Made by a program: the position numbers and the translations under genes. Under the pieces are notes generated by a model that was not told the DNA's origin, did not search any database, and saw only the letters and a list, made by a program, of their open reading frames with translations. A DNA stretch of 63,773 nucleotides, the filler included. It is 3 parts of 3 records of this genome, joined end to end, with 100 filler letters (N's around TTAATTAATTAA, not from the genome) between each part and the next. Parts side by side here need not be neighbours in the genome. Positions count along the whole stretch, not along the records: positions 1 to 20,799 come from DRR723986_9131; positions 20,900 to 38,237 come from DRR723986_9141; 1 more part is not named here. The stretch is one strand, 5' to 3'. Within the stretch, counting starts at the first letter, position 1, and each line of letters begins with the position of its first letter. Positions 17,828-27,500 of this stretch are shown here, in pieces.

Positions 17828-20119
17828 TCAACCGCCGGCCCGACGGATGCCTTCCATCTGCGACAAAGGATCAGGCGGCATCAACTCGTTGAAGGGCAGC
17901 GGCCTGTCGAAGAGATAGCCCTGCAGGAACTCGCAACCCGCCTCCACCAGGAAGTCGCGCTGTGCTTCCGTCTCGACCCCTTCGCCGACGCTTTGCATGC
18001 CCATTACCCGGGCAAGGCTCAGCATGGAGCGGACGACCATGTCCGCTTCCTCGTCCTCGCCGATACGCGACACGAAACTGCGGTCGATCTTCATCTTGTC
18101 GAAGCGATACTTGTGCAGGTAGTTCAGGCTGGAAAATCCGGTGCCGAAGTCGTCAATGGCGAGCCCGACACCTAGATCGCGCAGCTTGAGAATCGTGTTC
18201 CGCGTCTGCGCGCTTTCCTCCAGCATCAGGTCCTCGGTGATTTCGAGAACAAGCCTTTCCGGAGGAAAGTCGTATTTCTGCAGCAGTGCCTCGACCTTGT
18301 CCGCGAAACCTGCGGCCTGGATCTGGCTTGTGCAGACATTGACCGACACGCCGGTCTGCATCCAGCTGCAGGCATCGTGAAGCGCCCGCTCCAGCACCCA
18401 GGCACCGATCACAGGCATCAGCCCAGCATCCTGGGCAACCGGCAGGAACATCACTGGCGGCACCAGGCCGCGGCTTGGATGCCGCCAGCGGATCAGGGCT
18501 TCATAGAAGGCCAGTTCGCCCGACCGGGCGTCGACGATCGGCTGATAAAACAGGTCGAATTGCTCTTCGCGCAGGGCTGAATCAAGATCCACACGGATCT
18601 CGCGCCGCTCGCGCAGAAGGTCGTCCATCCGCTCGTCGTAAATCCGGAACGAGCTTTTCTGCTCCATCTTGCAGCGCTGCAGGGCGATATCGGCAGCGCG
18701 AACAAGACCTGTCAGTGTCTGGCCGTGGTCCGGGAAGCGGGCAATGCCCGCGCTTACGGACGTTTCAATGCGCTTGCCTTCATAGTCGAACGGCTGCCGC
18801 AGCTTTTCAAACAGCTTGCCCGCTTCCTCAACGGCTTGCTCCGGCGTTTCCCAACGCTCCGTCAGGATCAGGAATTCATCGCCACCGCTGCGCGCGACCA
18901 GGTCGAACGGGCCGAGCACCGATCTGATGCGTTCGGCCTGAGCGACCACCAAACTGTCGCCCACGGTGTGCCCGTAGATGTCGTTCACCTGCTTGAGGTT
19001 GTCGACGTCGAGATAAATGATCCAGGCGCCACGCTGCTGATCCTTGCGCAAGGCGAGCCTTTTCGTGGCTGTGGCGTGGAAATATCCGCGTGTGACAAAG
19101 CCTGTCAGGGAATCGTGATTGGCGGCGTAACGGGCTTCCTGTTCACGGGCTGCCAGCCGTGCCCTGGCGTTGGCATTCTGCCGGAGGGCAATCAGGGCCA
19201 CCGTCAGAATGACCCCGAGTGACAGCAGGAGAATCGGTATCGAAGACAGGATGATCCCCGACGACTGGCTCATTGGATACCAGGCGAGATAACCAAGCAC
19301 CGTGCCGGACCCGTTCTGAACCGGGGTGCCGATCATGCCGTCGGGAATTTCCGAAGCGAATTTCAGATTGTCGAGAGCGAGGCTGGACAGAAGATTGCTG
19401 AGATGCGCCGCATCGATCTCGAATGCGTTGACGAGAACGTTCGGCGGCCCGAAGGACATTTCGATCCCACCGGGATCCGGTACGATCGCAAAGGCCGCGA
19501 CGATGAAGGGGTGATCGTTGATCTCGACGATGTCGATGGCCGAAATGTCGGCCAAAGTCCCGGTGAAGCGGACTTTGCCTGGTTCTGACCGGACCAGGGC
19601 TTTGACGTAATTGCCGCGTATGCTGTCCAGCGTGCCGGTAATGCCCGTCTGGACGCTCTTGGAAAAGTCTTCCGCTCTCTCCTTGCCGTGGAAGTTGGAA
19701 GAAAAGAGGACCTTGCTGTCCGGACCGAAAAGCACTGTGTAGTCGTGGGCAAAATCCAGGGCCATGTCGACGCCGAACCTGGCCTCGATCCAGTCAGGCG
19801 ACAGATTGGTATCGATATTCTGATAGGCGGCGTTGGAAGCGGCGTAGCGCTCCATTTCACGCAACAGCAACTGCTTGTGGTTCTGAAAGACACGCGCGAC
19901 CGATTTGGTCTCCCGCATCGCAGCTTCGCGCTCCGCGACCAGCACCTTGAACAGCACGGCGCCGAAAGAAAAAATCACGGCACAGAACATCAAAATGATG
20001 ACGAGGCTGGAAGAAATGCCGAAAACGCCCGCGGTCATCCGGCGCGGTTCGTCGGATACTGTCTCCGCCGCGGAATGAACCAGGTCGAATTTGTCTGTTT
20101 TTCCAGACAGATCGCGCAT
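17828..20119 (-). CDS. Membrane-bound diguanylate cyclase/phosphodiesterase (TM-periplasmic CHASE4-like-TM-GGDEF-EAL)
   Basis: HDSLTG, LDVDNLKQVND..GH..GD, RSGGDEF, FYEALIRW, LEITE, IDDFGTGFSSL, KIDRSF, EGVET. Confidence 0.92.
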   Translation of the reverse strand: MRDLSGKTDKFDLVHSAAETVSDEPRRMTAGVFGISSSLVIILMFCAVIFSFGAVLFKVLVAEREAAMRETKSVARVFQNHKQLLLREMERYAASNAAYQNIDTNLSPDWIEARFGVDMALDFAHDYTVLFGPDSKVLFSSNFHGKERAEDFSKSVQTGITGTLDSIRGNYVKALVRSEPGKVRFTGTLADISAIDIVEINDHPFIVAAFAIVPDPGGIEMSFGPPNVLVNAFEIDAAHLSNLLSSLALDNLKFASEIPDGMIGTPVQNGSGTVLGYLAWYPMSQSSGIILSSIPILLLSLGVILTVALIALRQNANARARLAAREQEARYAANHDSLTGFVTRGYFHATATKRLALRKDQQRGAWIIYLDVDNLKQVNDIYGHTVGDSLVVAQAERIRSVLGPFDLVARSGGDEFLILTERWETPEQAVEEAGKLFEKLRQPFDYEGKRIETSVSAGIARFPDHGQTLTGLVRAADIALQRCKMEQKSSFRIYDERMDDLLRERREIRVDLDSALREEQFDLFYQPIVDARSGELAFYEALIRWRHPSRGLVPPVMFLPVAQDAGLMPVIGAWVLERALHDACSWMQTGVSVNVCTSQIQAAGFADKVEALLQKYDFPPERLVLEITEDLMLEESAQTRNTILKLRDLGVGLAIDDFGTGFSSLNYLHKYRFDKMKIDRSFVSRIGEDEEADMVVRSMLSLARVMGMQSVGEGVETEAQRDFLVEAGCEFLQGYLFDRPLPFNELMPPDPLSQMEGIRRAGG

Positions 20120-20203
20120 TTCGCTTTCAAAATCCCAAGCTTTTGTCAGCGAAGCAGTCTGGGTTCAAACCTTTAATTTTTAGTGCCTTGGCAAGCATCA
20201 GGC

Positions 20204-20240
20204 AAAGGCAGCCGGAACGAATTCCGCCCCGGCTGCCTGA
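20204..20240 (-). terminator. Probable terminator downstream of the truncated SBP gene
   Basis: Inverted repeat AGGCAGCCGG...CCGGCTGCCT just after the stop at 20247. Short T run on minus. Confidence 0.6.
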
Positions 20241-20246
20241 TTGACG

Positions 20247-20799
20247 TTACATCTTGTCGGTGACGACCGTTGTTGTGGCGCCTTCCGGCTCCTTGGTGAT
20301 GACCGGGTCGGACCCGCCGGACAGGAGGGACTTCACGGTGCGCTCATAGGCAGACATGTCCAGTTTGCCGTCAGATCCATCAACCAGCTTGTTGATTTCG
20401 CCGACCATGCGGATCTGATGCTTTTCTGTCTGCGCGCCAGTGGCGTCGTTTTCCAGAACGATTTCAGCAGCTTCTTCCGGGTTTTCGGCGGAATAGGCCC
20501 AGCCCTTCATGGAGGCCTTCACGAAGCGGGCGAGCTTGTCGACCATTGCCGGGTCGTCCAGGCTGGATTCCAGAACGTAGAGACCGTCTTCCAGCGTGGC
20601 GACACCCTGGTCTTCGTATTTGAAGACGATCAGGTCTTCTTCCGGAATGCCGGCATCGATGACCTGCCAATATTCGTTGTAGGTCATGGTGGAGATGCAG
20701 TCAGCCTGCTTCTGCAGCAGCGGATCGACGTTGAAGCCCTGCTTCAGGACGGTCACGCCTTCGTCGCCACCGTCGGTCGGAATGCCGAGCTGGCTCATC
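20247..20799 (-). CDS. NMT1/THI5-like ABC substrate-binding protein (pyrimidine uptake type), 5' truncated by contig end
   Basis: KQGFNVDPLLQKQADCISTMTYNEYWQVIDAG..TLEDGLY..RFVKASMKGW. Lies near preTA. Confidence 0.85.
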
Positions 20800-20899
20800 N
20801 NNNNNNNNNNNNNNNNNNNNNNNNNNNNNNNNNNNNNNNNNNNTTAATTAATTAANNNNNNNNNNNNNNNNNNNNNNNNNNNNNNNNNNNNNNNNNNNN
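20800..20899. other. Artificial contig-joining linker
   Basis: N44-TTAATTAATTAA-N44 (stop codons in all six frames). Identical to the second linker. Confidence 0.98.
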
Positions 20900-20955
20900 A
20901 ACCCCGAACCCCGAACCCCGAACCCCGAAACCCAAACCACCAGCCTCAAACCCCA
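20900..20955 (+). repeat. Heptamer tandem repeat (AACCCCG)4 decaying into degenerate 7-mers
   Basis: Four perfect units at 20900-20927, then AAACCCA, AACCACC, AGCCTCA, AACCCCA in the same 7-nt register. Confidence 0.9.
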
Positions 20956-21792
20956 AAGCTGCGAGTGAACAGCATTTGATGCCTGGCAGGCGGACTCAAT
21001 TTTCCAGTCCACAGCTGCCATTCAAAAAACAGACACTCGCCGGCATCAGCTGCGGCAGGGAAGGTAGGGCGCTACCGAGACTAAAAAGCAGTAAATTGAT
21101 TTGGCTCCAGAGTGCTCAAATGACTATGCATTTTCTGAAAACTGTCAAGGCAAAAGTGGTCCCCCAAAAGTATATTTCCGGTCCAATACTGTTACAGTCT
21201 GGTCTCAAGCTTGGCAGATATGCAGATTTTTTTCATCCGGCATCAGTCATTCATCGCAAATTTCCTTATCTTCGCAGCGTGAAGTCGGATCCGTGCACCC
21301 CGATTTGCACATAACGCTCTATTTCAACGCTTAATTGCGGCGCTGCCAACTCCGCCGAATGCATGTAAAATGCACCGTCCCTGTTTGGTAGCACTTTGTG
21401 CCGACCTGATCCGCGTTGTGGTGCTTGTGAATCTGAACTGCAAAGATTCTGAGTTCCGCTCCGCACTCAGCTTTTTCTGGCTCCACTGCCCCGACGGTGC
21501 TGTGGGAGCAGGCAAAACCGCAATTTTCATTCAATGGTACTATACCGCATGTGGCCACAAAGCACGGAACCGCAATACACCAGCTCGGACGGCATCTGTT
21601 CTGCCGTCATAACACGGGCGCGTGCTCAGGCCAATGCCAGGCTCCTGCCGGTCTCCAACCGGTTTTATGAGCAGAGGATTATTACACCAATTGATACTTT
21701 CAGCGTTAATGTGCCGGATAACTGCTTCGCCGCAAAAAACTCAGGATAGCTTTCTGTTTGGGGAAACCAAGCTCTAGATAAACAGGTGAAAA

Positions 21793-24303
21793 ATGCTCTC
21801 CGCTACTCCAATGGTTCTTGATGTGTCAACATCCGCTGCTACGCTGCCGCGCTACGCAAGTATTTGCGCAGCACTGCAGGAGCGTGTGCGCAGCGCTCCG
21901 GACGCCACGGCCTATCGCTTTTTGCGCGATGGAGAGGAAGAGTACCTGCAGCTAAACTACCGTCAGCTGGGCGCGCGCGTTGCCGCGCTGGCCACACATT
22001 TACGCAAATTTGAGCGCCCGCAGGCGCGAGTCCTGATTCTGCACCCCGCCGGCCCCGACTTCGTCGTCGGTTTCCTGGCCTGCGCCTTTGCCGGCATGAT
22101 TGCCGTGCCCGCCTATCCGCCGCGCCGCAACCGCAAAGCCGCCCGCCTGGAACTCATGATCGCCGATGCACAGGCCGAATTTGTGATGGCGCCCGCTGCC
22201 TATCACGATCAGATTCGCGAAGTGTCGGCTGCCGACATGACCTTCATTTCCGTCGATACTGAACTCGAAGATTCGGCCGTGCAAGCCTGTCATCTGGAAA
22301 CTCTGGCGTTGCCCGATCCAGGCGCGACACTATATCTGCAGTACACTTCCGGCAGCACCTCAGCACCCAAGGGTGTGATCATCAGCCACGACAATTTGGT
22401 CTGGACGCTGGAGGATATGGATCGCGGCTGGGGCCATACTGCCGACTCGTTGATTTGTAGCTGGCTGCCGGTGTTCCACGATATGGGATTGATTTACGGC
22501 GTGCTGGCCTCAATTTATGTTGGTGTACCCTGCGTCCTGATGCATCATGCCGACTTCCTGCAGCGACCGCTGCGCTGGCTGCAGGTGATGCACAAATACC
22601 GCGCCACGCACTGCTGCGCACCCAACTTTGCCTATGCTCTCTGTACCGCGCGCGTCACAGCCGCCGAAGCTGCGCAGCTGGATCTTAGCAACTGGAAGGT
22701 TGCCGTCAACGGCTCCGAGCCTGTGGATGTAGAGACTCTGCGTGCCTTCAGCCGTCACTTTGTCGCTTCCGGATTCAGGGCTTCCAGTTTTGCGCCCGGC
22801 TACGGCCTGGCCGAAGCCACGCTCAAAGTCACGGCCGTATCACATGACCAGCCGCCGACCGTCTTGTATCGCGATACTGCAGCACTTGAGCAAAACAAAC
22901 TCAAAACCGTCGCCGAATTTGATCCGCTCTCACGTGCCCTCGTTGGCTGCGGCCGCTCCAATATCGCTACAGACATCGCCATCGTCTGTCCACAGAGCCA
23001 CAAGCAGTTACACGCCGATATGGTTGGCGAAATCTGGGTTCGTGGTCCCATCGTCGCACAGGGATACTGGAACAATGCCGACGCCGATGCCGCGCAGTTT
23101 GGCGCCTCAATCTTTATTGTCGATCCGCTCAACCGCAAAAAATTAGACGCCGATGTGGTCGGTGAAATCTGGGTCCAGGGCGCCATTGATGCGCGCGGCT
23201 ACTGGAATGACCCCGCCGCCGACAGCGTGCAGTTTGGCGCTTCAATTCTCGAGTCCTCCATCGATGCGACCGCTTCCTCCAGCCGCGGCGGCTGGATGCG
23301 CACCGGCGACCTCGGTTTTATGCACAATGGCGAACTCTTTGTAACCGGCCGCCTGAAAGACATGCTCATTATCCGCGGCCGCAACCTTTATCCGCAGGAC
23401 ATCGAGCGCTGCGCCGCGCGCGCGCATGCCGCCATCAAAGGCACGGCCTGCGCAGCTTTTGGCATTCAGCACAATCGCGTTGAAGTCCTCTGCCTTGCGC
23501 TCGAAATCGAACGCAGCGCCCTGCGCAGCACAGACTTTGACGAGGTCCGCGCCGCCGTAGCTGCTGCGGTAACCGCAGAGTTTGATATTCTCCCACATAC
23601 CATTCTGCTCCTGCGGCCCAACGCACTGCCCAAAACTTCCAGCGGCAAACTGCAGCGCGCCGCCACGCGCCGAGCCTTCCTACAGAATGCGCTCAGCCTT
23701 GCCGATGAACAGGTAAACGCAGGCGCGCGCTCGACAGGTTATGTGGCTGTAAACGGTGCATCCGCAAATGGTTCTTCTCTTGATGAACCTTCCACGAATG
23801 GTCTTGGCGCCAAGGCAAGCTCCGCCAGGCAAAAGCCTCAATCCTCAGTGCCTGCGGCAGATGCTCCGCCGACGCAGCAAACTGACCCGACGGAATGGAT
23901 TCTCAATTGGATCTGCCGCGAGCTGTCGCTGAACCACACTCCGGATTTGGCTCAGCGCAGTTGGGAACAGCTGGGCCTGGACTCACTGTCTACTCAGCGG
24001 CTGCTCGGTGATGTTAAACAGCACTTTAGCGTGCGCATGAGTTCGGAAGCTGCGTGGGATTATGCAACGCCCACGGCCTTGGCAGAATACATTTCTGGCC
24101 AGAATTCAGGCCGGCAGCTTGCACAATACCAGTCAAAAAATGGCCAGGCCGCCGCACAGTCCGCCGCACGGGCAGGTGTGTCCAGCCAAACACAAAACCA
24201 AAAAACTACTGTTCCGGATCCGGCATCATTGACGCCGGCCGATATTGATGCACTCAGCGATGAGCAGGTGGATGCGCTCCTCGTAAAACTTCTAAGCCAA
24301 TAA
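21793..24303 (+). CDS. Fatty acyl-AMP ligase (FAAL) fused to ACP, lipopeptide starter
   Basis: LQYTSGSTSAPKGV, WLPVFHDMGLI, YGLAEATL, FAAL insertion before LVGCG, RTGDLGF, GRLKDMLIIRGRNLYPQDIE, KTSSGKLQR. ACP motif LGLDSL. C-terminal LSDEQVDALL docking-like helix. Confidence 0.93.
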   Translation: MLSATPMVLDVSTSAATLPRYASICAALQERVRSAPDATAYRFLRDGEEEYLQLNYRQLGARVAALATHLRKFERPQARVLILHPAGPDFVVGFLACAFAGMIAVPAYPPRRNRKAARLELMIADAQAEFVMAPAAYHDQIREVSAADMTFISVDTELEDSAVQACHLETLALPDPGATLYLQYTSGSTSAPKGVIISHDNLVWTLEDMDRGWGHTADSLICSWLPVFHDMGLIYGVLASIYVGVPCVLMHHADFLQRPLRWLQVMHKYRATHCCAPNFAYALCTARVTAAEAAQLDLSNWKVAVNGSEPVDVETLRAFSRHFVASGFRASSFAPGYGLAEATLKVTAVSHDQPPTVLYRDTAALEQNKLKTVAEFDPLSRALVGCGRSNIATDIAIVCPQSHKQLHADMVGEIWVRGPIVAQGYWNNADADAAQFGASIFIVDPLNRKKLDADVVGEIWVQGAIDARGYWNDPAADSVQFGASILESSIDATASSSRGGWMRTGDLGFMHNGELFVTGRLKDMLIIRGRNLYPQDIERCAARAHAAIKGTACAAFGIQHNRVEVLCLALEIERSALRSTDFDEVRAAVAAAVTAEFDILPHTILLLRPNALPKTSSGKLQRAATRRAFLQNALSLADEQVNAGARSTGYVAVNGASANGSSLDEPSTNGLGAKASSARQKPQSSVPAADAPPTQQTDPTEWILNWICRELSLNHTPDLAQRSWEQLGLDSLSTQRLLGDVKQHFSVRMSSEAAWDYATPTALAEYISGQNSGRQLAQYQSKNGQAAAQSAARAGVSSQTQNQKTTVPDPASLTPADIDALSDEQVDALLVKLLSQ
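22981..23247 (+). repeat. In-frame 135-nt (45-aa) tandem duplication inside the FAAL
   Basis: IVCPQSHKQLHADMVGEIWVRGPIVAQGYWNNADADAAQFGASI versus IVDPLNRKKLDADVVGEIWVQGAIDARGYWNDPAADSVQFGASI. GAAATCTGGG at 23029 and 23164. Confidence 0.92.
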
Positions 24304-24501
24304 ACTTTGGCAAAAAATTGCAAAGCGCAGTCGGCGAATGCGGGCTGCGCCTGGAATATGCTGTTCGGTGCGATGTGCCGCGGGCCGACGCGAGTTTTTG
24401 AGCAGGTCTACTGAGCGTTCCGCACTCAGCTGCCTGAAACTCATGCGTTTTTATCGTTCTGCAATTGCCGACAGCGACTCTAGTGATTTCACGGACACCT
24501 T

Positions 24502-27500
24502 ATGGCCGAGCTACACCAACAATCCGTCACGGTCGCCAGGGAACTGCGTTCCATTTGGTGCGATCTGCTTCACCGCCGATCTGTTGACGACAGCGATACC
24601 TTCTTTAACCTGGGTGGGCATTCCATGCTCGCCATGCGTATGGCTGCCCGCGCTGAAAAACAGTTTAACTGCAAACTTGAACTCAGCGAGGTCTTCGATT
24701 TTCCCGTCTTCAAAGACCTGGTAAACCTGATCGTAGAGCGTACCCTGGAGGAGGGTGGGCCCTCCAACGAAAACATCCTGCCGGCAGAACGTCCCGCCGA
24801 TATTCCGCTCTCATTCGCGCAGCAACGCATGTGGTTCCTGGATCAGCTAGGTGCCGACCCGGCCAGCTACATCATGTCCGGTGCTTTGATTCTGCGTGGC
24901 AAGCTTGACGTTGAAGCCCTTAGTTCTGCTATTCGCATTGTTGGGCGCCGCCATGAAGTTCTGCGGACGACCTTCTACAGTAAGTCCGGCTCACCATATC
25001 AAAAAATTCACTCCGCGCCGCTCTGCAACCTGGAAGTGCACCAATTGCTGTCCGGCACACATGCCGACAAAGTCGCTGAATCCAAGCAACTGCTGCGCAG
25101 CGGTGCCGTTGAAGCTTTTGACCTGGCCGAAGGTCCGCTCATGCGCGCGCGCCTCTACATTCTGAATGATGGCGAAGCGCATCTGCTTATCAGCATGCAC
25201 CACATCATTTCCGATGGTTGGTCGATTGGCGTGCTCTTTGGTGAGCTGTTCAAAATCTATCATGCCTTTGCCGCCGGCGACGGCCAGATAGAACTCGATC
25301 CACTCGCGATTCAATACGCCGACTTCTCGCTTTGGCAGCGTGACTATCTGCAGGGTGAAGTCCTTGAAAATCAACTGCAGTACTGGCGCAAACAGCTGGG
25401 CGATATTCCCTCACAGCCAATTCTGCCGACTGACCGCCCACGCCCGGACGTCCTGACGTTTAGCGGACGGCAGATTCGTGTGGCGCTCGACGCTGACCTC
25501 GCTGCGCATTTGCGCGGCGTCGAACAGTACGGCGTCAGCCCATTCATGTTTTTACTCGCCGCTCACAGCCTGGTGCTCCAGCGCATGTGTGGTCTGCCAG
25601 ATCTGGTGGTCGGCACGGTAATTGCCAACCGCACACGCACCGAACTGGAGCCGCTGATCGGCTTCTTTGTTAACACGCTGGCCATGCGCCTGCGCAGCCG
25701 TCCGGGCCAGACATTCCGCCAGTACCTTGAGTCCGTGCGTTATGTCTGCTACGATGCCTACGCACATCAGGAATTGCCCTTTGAGCGCCTGGTGGAAGAC
25801 CTCAAGCCCAGCCGCGACCCCGCATTCACGCCAATCTTCCAGACGCTGCTGACTTTTAACAATACAGCCGCCGACGGCATGAACCTGACTGGGCTAGAAG
25901 TTGAGCAGCACGAAATTGACCTTGGTGTCGCCAAGTTTGAACTTACGGTCAATTGTGTTGACGACGGCAAGGGTTTTGTGCTTCACGGCGAATACAACAC
26001 CGCACTCTTTGATGAGTCCACCGTGAGTTCCTTGCTGCAGCGCCTCGAAAACTGCATGCGCCAGGTGTTTGACAACATCGATGTGCCACTGGACGAAATC
26101 AGCATGCGCTCCGCCGCTGAAATCGCACAGATCAATGCCCTCAATCAACTGCATGTCACCCGGGGTGACGCGGTATTTTTTGATCATATCTTTGCCGGAC
26201 AGGCCGCCGCTCAGCCCGATGCCATCGCCGTGCACGATGCCCGCCGCGAATGGACCTACGCTGAGATTAATACACGTGCCAACGCCGTAGCCAACACATT
26301 GCTGGAGCGCGGGGCACAGGTGGAAGACTGCATTGCCATGGGCCTGCCGCGCAGCGGAGAAGCCGTTATCAGCCTGATCGCAATTATGCGCGCCGGATGC
26401 TGTTATCTGCCGATCGATCTCTCACATCCGGCCGCACGCATCAGTTATATGCTGCAGGACTCCCAGGCCCGCTTCATCATCACTCCCGATGCCGATGAAA
26501 CGTTTGCGGCAGCCGAACTACAGGCCTACGCCGATAAATGTCTGCCGATTTCGGACTTACTGGCTTCTGAAAATCTGGATACACCTCAGGTCCACCGCCA
26601 TCTACTCAACCTGGCGTACAGCATTTACACTTCGGGCTCTACAGGCCGCCCCAAGTCGGTTCTGCTGACGCATGAAGGCCTGGGCAATCTGCTTAAGCAG
26701 GGTGAGGACGTCATGCCGCTCACTCCCGACGACCGTGTGCATTTCCGCTTTTCGATGGTCTTTGACGCGTCCATCTGGATGCTGACCAAGGCGCTCAGCA
26801 GCGGCGCGCGTCTCTATTTAAGCGATCAAAACGACGATCTGCCCGGAAGTACCCTGAGTAATTATCTGCGCGAACATGCCATCACTGTCATTACGCTCAC
26901 GCCTTCAATGGCGGCAATCACACCTGCCGAAAATCTTCCCGACTTACGCATGTTGGGGCTTGGCGCGGAGGAAGTCACGGCCGAGGTGGCGCAGCGCTGG
27001 ATGTCTCCTGGTCGCCTGCTGTTTAACGTTTATGGTCCCACCGAAGTCACGGTTTGTTCCACAGCTTGTCCCATCGAACTCACGCGGGGGCGTCTACCTA
27101 TCGGTACGCCCTTTAAGCACTTGCAGGTTTTTGTTGTCGACGGCGCGATGAACCAGACGCCTGTCGGCGTCGATGGCGAACTATTGATCGGTGGAGTCGG
27201 ATTAGCCCGCGCCTACGGTAACAATCCGCAATTGTCGGCGCTGTCCTTTATCCCCAATCCATTTGTGACTCCCGACGGCAGCTCAGCCGGGGAGCGGCTC
27301 TATCGCACGGGCGATCGCGTCCGCCGCCTTGTGGATGGTTCCATTGAATTCCGCGGCCGCATCGACGAATCACAGGTCAAAGTGCGCGGCTTCCGCATCG
27401 AACTCGGCGGCATCGAGGCGCAGCTGCGCCAACATCCGGAAGTCAGCCAGGCCGCCGTAGTCCTGCGCACAGCTGAAAACGGCGAGGCAAGTATTGTAGC

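Noticed and set aside
20241-20855. ORFs running into the N linkers (also 38056-38289, 38286-38546)
   Set aside because: Their stops come from the artificial TTAATTAATTAA linker. The PacI-like palindrome is not biological.
20900-20955. Repeat array as CRISPR
   Set aside because: The 7-nt units are contiguous with no spacers, and there are no cas genes in the window.
21063-21079. ops-like CGGTAGCG core / GGTAG-CTACC mini-hairpin
   Set aside because: It is a partial match on the strand opposite to the cluster's transcription.
20976-21749. Short overlapping ORFs upstream of the FAAL as possible precursor peptide or regulator
   Set aside because: They have no recognisable motif, RBS or consistent codon bias, so I treated the region as leader.
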